Position numbers and translations under genes: made by a program
Notes under the pieces: model-generated
What the model was told of the DNA's origin: nothing
Seen by the model: only the letters and a program-made list of their open reading frames with translations
The model's database searches: none
Shown: piece by piece, positions 11,301 through 22,299 of the stretch
How the letters are laid out: the number at the start of each line of letters is the position of its first letter
Position numbering within the stretch: position 1 is the first letter of the stretch
Source: Eledone cirrhosa
Lineage: Eukaryota
DNA length: 64,000 bases
Reading direction: 5' to 3'
Assembly: GCA_964016885.1 (NCBI GenBank)
Contig: OZ024743.1
Location: 142,910,001 to 142,974,000, forward strand

Positions 11301-14300
11301 TGGTGCTTGGTGTTTGGGCCTGGTGTTTGGTGTTTGGTGCTCGGTGTTTGATGTGTGGTACTTGGTGCTTGGTGTTCGGTGTTTGGTGCTTGGCGCTTGG
11401 TGTTTGGTGTTTGGTCCTTGGCATTTGCTGTTTGGCGTTTGGAGTTTGGCGTTTGCTTTTTGGCGTTTGCTGTTTGGTGTTTGGTGTTTGGTGTTTGGTG
11501 TTTGGTACTTGGTGCTTGGTGTTTGGTGTTTGGTGCTTGGTGCTTGGTGTTTGGTGTTTGGTGCTTGGCGCTTGGTGTTTGGTGTTTGGCGCTTGGCGTT
11601 TGCTGTTTGGCGTTTGGGGTTTGGCATTTGCTGTTTGGCGTTTGCTGTTTGGTGTTTGGTGTTTGGTGTTTGCTGTTTGGTGTTTGCTGTTTGGTGTTTG
11701 CTGTTTGGTGTTTGGTGTTTGGTGTTTGGTGTTTGGTGTTTGGTGTTTGCTGTTTGGTGCTTGGTGCTTGGTGTTTGGTGCATGGTGCTTGGTGCATGGT
11801 GCTTGGTGTTTGGTGCTTGGTGCTTGGTGTTTGGTGCTTGGGGCTTGGTGCTTGGTGTTTGGTGTTTCCTGGTTGGTGTTTCCTGGTTGGTGTTTGGTGT
11901 TTGCTGTTTGGTGTTTGGTGTTTGCTGTTTGGTGTTTGCTATTTGGTGTTTTGTGTTTGCTGTTTGGTGTTTGGTGTTTAGTGTTTGCTATTTGGTGTTT
12001 GGTGTTTGGTGTTTGGTGCTTGGGGCTTGGTGTTTGCTCTTTGGTGCTTGGTGATTGGTTTTTGGTGTTTGGTCCTTGGTGCTTGGTGTATGGTGTTTGG
12101 TGCTTGGTGCTTGGTGCTTGGTGCTTGGTGTTTGGTGTTTGGTGCTTGGTGCTTGGTGTTTGGTGTTTGGTGCTTGGTGCTTGGTTCTGGGTGCTTGGTG
12201 CTTGGTGTTTGGTGTTTGGTGCTTGGTGCTTGGTGTTTGGTGCTTGGGGCTTGGTGATTGGTGTTTGGTGCTTGGTGCTTGGTGCTTGGTGCTTGGTGTT
12301 TGGTGCTTGGTGCTTTGTTCTGGGTGCTTGGTGCTTGGTGTTTGGTGTTTGGTGCTGGGTGCTTGGTGTTTGGTGCTTGGGGCTTGGTGATTGGTGTTTG
12401 GTGCTTGGTGCTTGGTGCTTGGTGCTTGGTGCTTGGTGTTTGGTGCTTGGTGTTTGGTGATTGGTGATTGGTGCTAGGTGTTCGGTGTTTGGTGTTTGGC
12501 GCTTGGTGTTTGGTTTTTGGTGATTGGTGCTTGGTGTTTGGTGCTTGGTGCTTGGTGCTTGGTGTTTGGCGCTTGGTGCTTGGTGTTTGGTGTTTGGTGC
12601 TTGGCGTTTGCTGTTTGGCGTTTGGGGTTTGGCATTTGCTGTTTGGCGTATGGGGTTTGGCGTTTGCTTTTTTGCGTTTGCTGTTTGGTGTTTGGTGCTT
12701 GGTGTTTGGTGTTTGGTACTTGGTGCTTGGTGTTTGGTGTTTGGTGCTTGGTGCTTGGTGTTTGGTGTTTGGTGCTTGGTGCTTGGTGCTTGGTGTTTGG
12801 CGTTTGGTGCTTGGTGTTTGGTGTTTGGTGCTTGGCGTTTGCTGTTTGGCGTTTGGGGTTTGGCATTTGCTGTTTGGCGTTTGGAGTTTGGCGTTTGCTT
12901 TTTGGCGTTTGCTGTTTGGTGTTTGGTGTTTGCTGTTTGCTGTTTGGTGTTTGCTGTTTGGTGTTTGCTGTTTGGTGTTTGCTGTTTGGTGCTTGGTGCT
13001 TGGTGTTTGGTGCATGGTGCTTGGTGCTTGGTGCTTGGTGTTTGGTGCTTGGTGCTTGGTGTTTGGTGCTTGGGGCTTGGTGATTGGTGTTTGGTGCTTG
13101 GTGTTTGGTGTTTGTTGCTTGGTGCTTGGTGTTTGGTGTTTGGTGCTTGGTGTTTGCTGTTTGGTGCTTGGTGCTTGGTGTTTGGTGCTTGGTGCTTGGT
13201 GCTTGGTGCCTGGTGCTTTGTGTTTGCTGCTTGGTGGTTGGTGCTTGGTGTTTGGTGCTTGGTGCTTGGAGTTTGGTGTTTGGCGCTTGGTGCTTGGTGT
13301 TTGGTGCTTGGTGCTTGGTGTTTGGTGTTTGGTGCTTGGTGTTTGGTGCTTGGAGCTTGGTGCTTGGTTTTTGGTGCTTGGTGCTTGGTGCTTGGTGCTT
13401 GGTGTCTGGTGCTCGGTGCTTGGTGTTTGGTGTCTGGTGTTTAGTGTTTGGTGCTTGGTGCTTTGTTCTGGGTGCTTGGTGCTTGGTGTTTGGTGTATGG
13501 TGCTGGGTGCTTGGTGTTTGGTGCTTGGGGCTTGGTGATTGGTGTTTGGTGCTTGGTGCTTGGTGCTTGGTGCTTGGTGTTTGGTGCTTGGTGTTTGGTG
13601 CTTGGTGCTTGGTGCTAGGTGTTTGGTGTTTGGTGTTTGGTGCTTGGTGCTTGGTGTTTGGTGATTGGTCCTTGGTGTTTGGTGTTTGGTGTTTGGTGTT
13701 TGGTGCTTGGTGCTTGGTGCTTGGTGTTTGGTGTTTGGTGCTTGGTGGTTGGTGTTTGGTGTTTGGTGCTTGGTGCTTGGTTCTGGGTGCTTGGTGCTTG
13801 GTGTTTGGTGTTTGGTGCTTGGTGCTTGGTGTTTGGTGCTTGGGGCTTGGTGATTGGTGTTTGGTGCTTGGTGCTTGGTGCTTGGTGCTTGGTGCTTGGT
13901 GCTTGGTGCTTGGTGTTTGGTGTTTGGTGCTTGCTGCTAGGTGCTTGGTGTTTGGTGCTTTGGGCTTGGTACTTGGTGTTTGGTGTTTGGTGCTTGGTGC
14001 TTGCTGTTTGGTGTTTGGTGCTTGGTGCTTGGTGTTTGGTGATTGGTGCTTGGTGCTTGGCGTTTAGTGTTTGGTGCTTGGTGTTTGGTGCTTGGTGCTT
14101 GGTGCTTGGTGCTCGGTGCTTGGTGATTTGTGCTTTGTGTTTGTTGCTTGGTGCTTGGTGCTTGGTGATTGGTGCTTGGTGTTTGGGCCTGGTGTTTGGT
14201 GTTTGGTGCTCGGTGTTTGATGTGTGGTACTTGGTGCTTGGTGTTCGGTGTTTGGTGCTTGGCGCTTGGTGTTTGGTGTTTGGTCCTTGGCATTTGCTGT

Positions 14301-16300
14301 TTGGCGTTTGGAGTTTGGCGTTTGCTTTTTGGCGTTTGCTGTTTGGTGTTTGGTGTTTGGTGTTTGGTGTTTGGTACTTGGTGCTTGGTGTTTGGTGTTT
14401 GGTGCTTGGTGCTTGGTGTTTGGTGTTTGGTGCTTGGCGCTTGGTGTTTGGTGTTTGGCGCTTGGCATTTGCTGTTTGGCGTTTGGGGTTTGGCATTTGC
14501 TGTTTGGCGTTTGCTGTTTGGTGTTTGGTGTTTGGTGTTTGCTGTTTGGTGTTTGCTGTTTGGTGTTTGCTGTTTGGTGTTTGGTGTTTGGTGTTTGGTG
14601 TTTGGTGTTTGCCTTTTGGTGTTTGCTGTTTGGTGCTTGGTGCTTGGTGTTTGGTGCATGGTGCTTGGTGCATGGTGCTTGGTGTTTGGTGCTTGGTGCT
14701 TGGTGTTTGGTGCTTGGGGCTTGGTGCTTGGTGTTTGGTGTTTCCTGGTTGGTGTTTCCTGGTTGGTGTTTGGTGTTTGCTGTTTGGTGTTTGGTGTTTG
14801 CTGTTTGGTGTTTGCTATTTGGTGTTTTGTGTTTGCTGTTTGGTGTTTGGTGTTTAGTGTTTGCTATTTGGTGTTTGGTGTTTGGTGTTTGGTGCTTGGG
14901 GCTTGGTGTTTGCTCTTTGGTGCTTGGTGATTGGTTTTTGGTGTTTGGTCCTTGGTGCTTGGTGTATGGTGTTTGGTGCTTGGTGCTTGGTGCTTGGTGC
15001 TTGGTGTTTGGTGTTTGGTGCTTGGTGCTTGGTGTTTGGTGTTTGGTGCTTGGTGCTTGGTTCTGGGTGCTTGGTGCTTGGTGTTTGGTGTTTGGTGCTT
15101 GGTGCTTGGTGTTTGGTGCTTGGGCTTGGTGATTGGTGCTTGGTGCTTGGTGCTTGGTGCTTGGTGTTTGGTGCTTGGTGCTTTGTTCTGGGTGCTTGGT
15201 GCTTGGTGTTTGGTGTTTGGTGCTGGGTGCTTGGTGTTTGGTGCTTGGGGCTTGGTGATTGGTGTTTGGTGCTTGGTGCTTGGTGCTTGGTGCTTGGTGC
15301 TTGGTGTTTGGTGCTTGGTGTTTGGTGATTGGTGATTGGTGCTAGGTGTTCGGTGTTTGGTGTTTGGCGCTTGGTGTTTGGTGTTTGGTGATTGGTGCTT
15401 GGTGTTTGGTGCTTGGTGCTTGGTGCTTGGTGTTTGGCGCTTGGTGCTTGGTGTTTGGTGTTTGGTGCTTGGCGTTTGCTGTTTGGCGTTTGGGGTTTGG
15501 CATTTGCTGTTTGGCGTATGGGGTTTGGCGTTTGCTTTTTTGCGTTTGCTGTTTGGTGTTTGGTGCTTGGTGTTTGGTGTTTGGTACTTGGTGCTTGGTG
15601 TTTGGTGTTTGGTGCTTGGTGCTTGGTGTTTGGTGTTTGGTGCTTGGTGCTTGGTGCTTGGTGTTTGGCGCTTGGTGCTTGGTGTTTGGTGTTTGGTGCT
15701 TGGCGTTTGCTGTTTGGCGTTTGGGGTTTGGCATTTGCTGTTTGGCGTTTGGAGTTTGGCGTTTGCTTTTTGGCGTTTGCTGTTTGGTGTTTGGTGTTTG
15801 GTATTTGCTGTTTGGTGTTTGCTGTTTGGTGTTTGCTGTTTGGTGTTTGCTGTTTGGTGCTTGGTGCTTGGTGTTTGGTGCATGGTGCTTGGTGCTTGGT
15901 GCTTGGTGTTTGGTGCTTGGTGCTTGGTGTTTGGTGCTTGGGGCTTGGTGCTTGGTGTTTGGTGCTTGGTGTTTGGTGTTTGTTGCTTGGTGCTTGGTGT
16001 TTGGTGTTTGGTGCTTGGTGTTTGCTGTTTGGTGCTTGGTGCTTGGTGTTTGGTGCTTGGTGCTTGGTGCTTGGTGCCTGGTGCTTGGTGTTTGGTGCTT
16101 GGTGGTTGGTGCTTGGTGTTTGGTGCTTGGTGCTTGGAGTTTGGTGTTTGGCGCTTGGTGCTTGGTGTTTGGTGCTTGGTGCTTGGTGTTTGGTGTTTGG
16201 TGCTTGGTGTTTGGTGCTTGGAGCTTGGTGCTTGGTTTTTGGTGCTTGGTGCTTGGTGCTTGGTGTCTGGTGCTTGGTGCTTGGTGTTTGGTGTTTGGTG
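5300..16300. repeat. ~2.8 kb higher-order repeat, about 4 tandem near-identical copies
   Basis: The private 6-mer GGGCCT followed by GGTGCTC GGTGTTT GATGTGT occurs at 5746, 8538, 11316 and 14185 (spacings 2792, 2778, 2869). ORF-track twins are offset by 2799 (9179/11978, 9256/12055, 9669/12468) and 2868-2869 (12468/15336, 10750/13619). Confidence 0.93.
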
Positions 16301-16779
16301 TTTGGTGTTTGGTGCTTGGTACTTGTTGTTTTGTGTTTGGTGCTTGGTGCTTGGTGGTTGGTGTTTGGTGCTTGGTGCTTGATGCTTGGTGCTTGGTGCT
16401 TGGTGTTTGGTGTTTAGTGCTTGGTGCTTGGTATTTGGTGTGTGGTCCTTGGTGCTTGGTGTTTGGTGTTTGGTGCTTGGTGCTTGGTGTTTGGTGTTTG
16501 GTGCTTGGTGTTTGCTGGTTGGTGTTTGGTGTTTGGTGTTTGCTGTTTGGTGTTTGCTGTTTGGTGCTTGGTGCTTGGTGTTTGGTGCATGGTGCTTGGT
16601 GCTTGGTGTTTGGTGCTTGGTGCTTGGTGTTTGGTGCTTGGGGCTTGGTGCTTGGTGTTTGGTGCTTTGGTGTTTCCTGGTTGGTGTTTGGTGTTTGCTG
16701 TTTGGTGTTTGGTGTTTGCTGTTTGGTATTTGCTATTTGGTGTTTTGTGTTTGCTGTTTGGTGTTTGGTGTTTAGTGTT

Positions 16780-19700
16780 TGCTATTTGGTGTTTGGTGTT
16801 TGGTGTTTGGTGCTTGGGGCTTGGTGTTTGCTCTTTGGTGCTTGGTGATTGGTTTTTGGGGTTTGGTGCTTGGTGCTTGGTGTCTGGTGCTTGGTGCTTG
16901 GTGTTTGGTGCTTGGTGCTTGGTGTTTGTTGTTTGGTGCTTGGTGTTTGCTGTTTGGTGATTGGTGCTTGGTGTTTGGTGCTTGGTGCTTGGTGTTTGGT
17001 GCTTGGTGGTTGGTGCTTGGTGTTTGGTGCTTGGTGCTTGGTGTTTGGTGTTTGGTGCTTGGTGCTTGCTGTCTGGTATTTGGTGCTTGGTGCTTGGTGT
17101 TTGTTGATTGGTGCCTGGTACTTGGTGTTTGGTGCTCGGTGCTTGGTGCTTGGTGTTTCGTGCTTGGTGCTTGGTGTTTGGTCTTTGGCGCTTGGTGCTT
17201 GGTGTTTGGTGCTTGGTACTTGGTGTTCAGTGTTTGGTGTTTGGTGCTTGGTGCTTGGTGCTTGGTTTTGGGTGTTTGGTGCTTGGTGCTTGGTGTTTGG
17301 TGTTTGGTGATTGGTGCTTGGTGTTTGGTGCTTGGGATTTGGTGCTTGGTGCTTGGTGTTTGGTGTTTGGAGTTTGGTACTTGGTGCTTGGTGTTTGGTG
17401 TTTGGTGCTTGGTGCTTGGTGTTTGGTGTTTAGTGCTTGGTGCTTGGTTGTTGGTGTTTGGTGCTTGGTGCCTGGTGACTGGTGTTTGGTGCTTGGTGCT
17501 TGGTATTTGGGGCTTGGTCTTTGGTGCTTGGTGTTTGGTGCTTGGTGCTTGGTGCTTGGTGCTTGGTGTTTGGTGCTTGGTGCTTGGTGCTAGGTGTTTG
17601 GTGTTTAGTGCTTGGTGCTTGGTGATTGGTGCTTGTTGCTTGGTGCTTGGTGTTTGGTGCTTGGTGCTTGGTGTTTGGTGCTTGGTGTTTGGTGTTTGGT
17701 GTTTGGTGTTTGCTGTTTGGTGTTTGCTGTTTGGTGTTTGCTGTTTGGTGTTTGCTGTTTCGTGTTTGCTGTTTGGTGTTTGGTGTTTGGTGTTTGCTGT
17801 TTGGTGTTTGGTGTTTGCTGTTTGGTGTTTGGTGTCTGGTGTTTGGTGATTGGTGTTTGCTGTTTGGTGTTTGGTGTTTGGCGTTTGGTGCTTGGCGCTT
17901 GTTGCTTGGTGTTTTGTGCTTGGTGCTTGGTGCTTGGTGTTTGGTGTTTGGTGTTTATGTTTGCTGTTTGGCGTTTGCTGTTTGGTGTTTGCTGTTTGGT
18001 GTTTCCTGGTTGGTGTTTGGTGTTTGCTATTTGGTGTTTCGTGTTTGCTGTTTGGTGTTTGGTGTTTAGTGTTTGCTGTTTGGTGTTTGGTGTTTGGTGT
18101 TTGGTGCTTGGGGCTTGGTGTTTGCTCTTTGTGCTTGGTGATTGGTTTTTGGTGTTTGGTGCTTGGTGCTTGGTGTATGGTGTTTGGTGCTTGGTGCTTG
18201 GTGCTTGGTGCTCTGTGTTTGGTGATTGGTGCTTGGTGCTTGGTGTTTGGTGTTTGGTGCTTTGTGCTTGGTTCTGGGTGCATGGTGCTTGGTGTTTGGT
18301 GTTTGGTGCTTGGTGCTTCGTGTTTGGTGCTTCGGGCTTGGTGATTGGTGTTTGGTGCTTGGTGCTTGGTGCTTGGTGCTTGGTGCTTGGTGTTTGGTGC
18401 TTGGTGTTCGGTGCTTGGTGCTTGGTGCTAGGTGTTTGGTGTTTGGTGTTTGGCGCTTGGTGCTTGGTGTTTGGTGATTGGTGCTTGGTGTTTGGTATTT
18501 GGTGCTTGGTGTTTGGTGTTTGGTGCTTGGTGCTTGGTGTTTGGTGTTTGGTGCTTGGTGTTTGGTCCTTGGTGCTTGGTGCTTGGTTTTTGGTGCTTGG
18601 TGCTTGGTGCTTGGTGCTTGGTGTCTGGTGCTTGGTGCTTGGTGTTTGGTGTTTGGTGCTTTGTGCTTGGTGTTTGGTGTTTGGTGTTTGGTGTTTGGTG
18701 CTTGGTACTTGTTGTTTTATGTTTGGTGCTTGGTGCTTGATGCTTGGTGCTTGGTGCTTGGTGTTTGGTGTTTAGTGCTTGGTGCTTGGTAGTTGGTGTG
18801 TGGTGCTTGGTGCTTGGTGTTTGGTGTTTGGTGTTTGGTGCTTAGTGCTTGCTGTTTGGTGTTTGGTGCTTGGTGCTTGGTGTTTGGTGATTGGTGCTTG
18901 GTACTTGGTGTTTGGTGCTCGGTGCTTGGTGCTTGGTGTTTCGTGCTTGGTGCTTGGTGTTTGGTGCTTTGTGCTTGGTGTTTGGTGTTTGGTGTTTGGT
19001 GTTTGGTGCTTGGTACTTATTTTTTTATGTTTGGTGCTTGGTGCTTGGTGTTTGGTGCTTGGTGCTTGATGCTTGGTGCTTGGTGCTTGGTGTTTGGTGT
19101 TTAGTGCTTGGTGCTTGGTAGTTGGTGTGTGGTGCTTGGTGCTTGGTGTTTGGTGTTTGGTGCTTGGTGCTTGCTGTTTGGTGTTTGGTGCTTGGTGCTT
19201 GGTGTTTGGTGCTTGGTGCTTGGTGCTTGGTGTTTGGTGTTTGGTGATTGGTGCTTGGTGTTTGGTGCTTGGGATTTGGTGCTTGGTGCTTGGTGTTTGG
19301 TGTTTGGAGTTTGGTACTTGGTGCTTGGTGTTTGGTGTTTGGTGCTTGGTGCTTGGTGTTTGGTGTTTGCTGTTTGGTATTTGCTATTTGGTGTTTTGTG
19401 TTTGCTGTTTGGTGTTTGGTGTTTAGTGTTTGCTATTTGGTGTTTGGTGTTTGGTGTTTGGGGCTTGGTGTTTGCTCTTTGGTGCTTGGTGATTGGTTTT
19501 TAGTGTTTGGTGCTTGGTGGTTGGTGTTTGGTGCTTGGTGCTTGGTGTTTGGTGCTTGGTGCTTGGTGTTTGGTGTTTGGTGCTTGGTGTTTGCTGTTTG
19601 GTGATTGGTGCTTGGTGTTTGGTGCTTGGTGCTTGGTGTTTGGTGCTTGGTGGTTGGTGCTTGGTGTTTGGTGCTTGGTGCTTGGTGTTTGGTGTTTGGC

Positions 19701-22000
19701 GCTTGGTGCTTGGTGTTTGGTGCTTGGTGATTGGTGTTTGGTGTTTGGTGCTTGGTGCTTGCTGTCTGGTATTTGGTGCTTGGTGCTTGGTGTTTGTTGA
19801 TTGGTGCCTGGTACTTGGTGTTTGGTGCTCGGTGCTTGGTGCTTGGTGTTTCGTGCTTGGTGCTTGGTGTTTGGTGTTTGGCGCCTGGTGCTTGGTGTTT
19901 GGTGCTTGGTACTTGGTGTTCGGTGTTTGGTGTTTGGTGCTTGGTGCTTGGTGCTTGGTTTTTGGTGTTTGGTGCTTGGTGCTTGGTGTTTGGTGTTTGT
20001 TGATTGGTGCTTGGTGTTTGGTGCTTGGGATTTGGTGCTTCGTGCTTGGTGTTTGGTGTTTGGAGTTTGGTACTTGGTGCTTTGTGTTTGGTGTTTGGTG
20101 CCTGGTGCTTGGTGTTTGGTGTTTAGTGCTTGGTGCTTGGTTGTTGGTGTTTGGTGCTTGGTGCCTGGTGACTGGTGTTTGGTGCTTGGTGCTTGGTATT
20201 TGGGGCTTGGTCTTTGGTGCTTGGTGTTTGGTGCTTGGTGCTTGGTGCTTGGTGTTTGGTGCTTGGTGCTTGGTGCTAGGTGTTTGGTGTTTAGTGATTG
20301 GTGCTTGGTGATTGGTGCTTGTTGCTTGGTGCTTGGTGTTTGGTGCTTGGTGTTTGGTGTTTGGTGTTTGCTGTTTGGTGTTTGCTGTTTGGTGTTTGGT
20401 GTTTGGTGTTTGCTGTTTGGTGTTTGGTGTTTGCTGTTTGGTGTTTGGTGTCTGGTGTTTGGTGATTGGTGTTTGCTCTTTGGTGTTTGGTGTTTGGTGT
20501 TTGGTGCTTGGCGCTTGTTGCTTGGTGTTTTGTGCTTGGTGCTTGGTACTTGGTGTTTGGTGTTTGGTGTTTATGTCTGCTGTTTGGCGTTTGCTGTTTG
20601 GTGTTTGCTGTTTGGTGTTTCCTGGTTGGTGTTTGGTGTTTGCTATTTGGTGTTTCGTGTTTGCTGTTTGGTGTTTGGTGTTTAGTGTTTGCTGTTTGGT
20701 GTTTGGTGTTTGGTGTTTGGTGCTTGGGGCTTGGTGTTTGCTCTTTGGTGCTTGGTGATTGGTTTTTGGTGTTTGGTGCTTGGTGCTTGGTGTATGGTGT
20801 TTGGTTCTTGGTGCTTGGTGCTTGGTGTTTGGAGTTTGGTGCTTGGTGCTTGGTGTTTGGTGCTTGGTGCTTGGTTCTGGGTGCATGGTGCTTGGTGTTT
20901 GGTGTTTGGTGCTTGGTGCTTCGTGTTTGGTGCTTCGGGCTTGGTGATTGGTGTTTGGTGCTTGGTGCTTGGTGCTTGGTGCTTGGTGCTTGGTGTTTGG
21001 TGCTTGGTGTTCGGTGCTTGGTGCTTGGTGCTAGGTGTTTGGTGTTTGGTGTTTGGCGCTTGGTGCTTGGTGTTTGGTGATTGGTGCTTGGTGTTTGGTG
21101 TTTGGTGCTTGGTGTTTGGTGTTTGGTGCTTGGTGCTTGGTGTTTGGTGTTTGCTGCTTGGTGTTTGGTCCTTGGTGCTTGGTGCTTGGTTTTTGGTGCT
21201 TGGTGCTTGGTGCTTGGTGTCTGGTGCTTGGTGCTTGGTGTTTGGTGTTTGGTGCTTTGTGCTTGGTGTTTGGTGTTTGGTGTTTGGTGTTTGGTGCGTG
21301 GTACTTGTTGTTTTATGTTTGGTGCTTGGTGCTTGGTGCTTGGTGTTTGGTGCTTGGTGCTTGATGCTTGGTGCTTGGTGCTTGGTGTTTGGTGTTTAAT
21401 GCTTGGTGCTTGGTAGTTGGTGTGTGGTGCTTGGTGCTTGGTGTTTGGTGTTTGGTGCTTGGTGCTTGCTGATTGTTGTTTGGTGCTTGGTGCTTGGTGT
21501 TTGGTGATTGGTGCTTGGTACTTGGTGTTTGGTGCTCGGTGCTTCGTGCTTGGTGTTTCGTGCTTGGTGCTTGGTGTTTGGTCTTTGGCGCTTGGTGCTT
21601 GGTGTTTGGTGCTTGGTACTTGGTGTTCGGTGTTTGGCGTTTGCTGTTTGGTGCTTGGTGCTTGGTTCTTGGTTTTTGGTGTTTGGTGCTTGGTGCTTGG
21701 TGTTTGGTGTTTGGTGATTGGTGCTTGATGTTTGGTGCTTGGGATTTGGTGCTTGGTGCTTGGTGTTTGGTGTTTGGAGTTTGGTACTTGGTGCTTGGTG
21801 TTTGGTGTTTGGTGCTTGGTGCTTGGTGTTTGGTGTTTAGTGCTTGGTGCTTGGTTCTTGGTGTTTGGTGCTTGGTCCCTGGTGATTAGTGTTTGGTGCT
21901 TGGTGCTTGGTATTTGGGGCTTGGTCTTTGGTGCTTGTTGTTTGGTGCTTGGTGCTTGGTGCTTGGTGTTTGGTGCTTGGTGCTTGGTGCTAGGTGTTTG
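16780..22000. repeat. ~2.6-2.7 kb two-copy duplication, moderately diverged
   Basis: Shared private variants: GTTGATT GGTGCCT GGTACTT (~17103/~19796), GGTGACT (~17474/~20168), TTTATGT (~17955/~20570) and CTTCGGGCTT (~18330/~20933). ORF offsets are 2693, 2616 and 2603. Confidence 0.85.
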
Positions 22001-22299
22001 GTGTTTAGTGCTTGGTGCTTGGTGATTGGTGCTTGTTGCTTGGTGTTTGGTGTCTGGTTTTTGGTGATTGGTGTTTGCTGTTTGGTGTTTGGTGTTTGGT
22101 GTTTGGTGCTTGGCGCTTGGTGCTTGGTGTTTTGTGTTTGGTGCTTGGTGCTTGGTGTTTGGTGTTTGGTGTTTGTGTTTGCTGTTTGGAGTTTGCTGTT
22201 TGGTGTTTGCTGTTTGGTGTTTCCTGGTTGGTGTTTGGTGTTTGCTATTTGGTGTTTGGTGTTTGCTGTTTGGTGTTTGGTGTTTAGTGTTTGCTTTTT

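Noticed and set aside
18316-18337. CENP-B-box-like CTTCG...CGGG (also ~20919-20940)
   Set aside because: The CENP-B box needs TTCG-N4-A-N2-CGGG (7 nt between the halves). Here the gap is 12 nt with no A, and two G>C variants explain the match.
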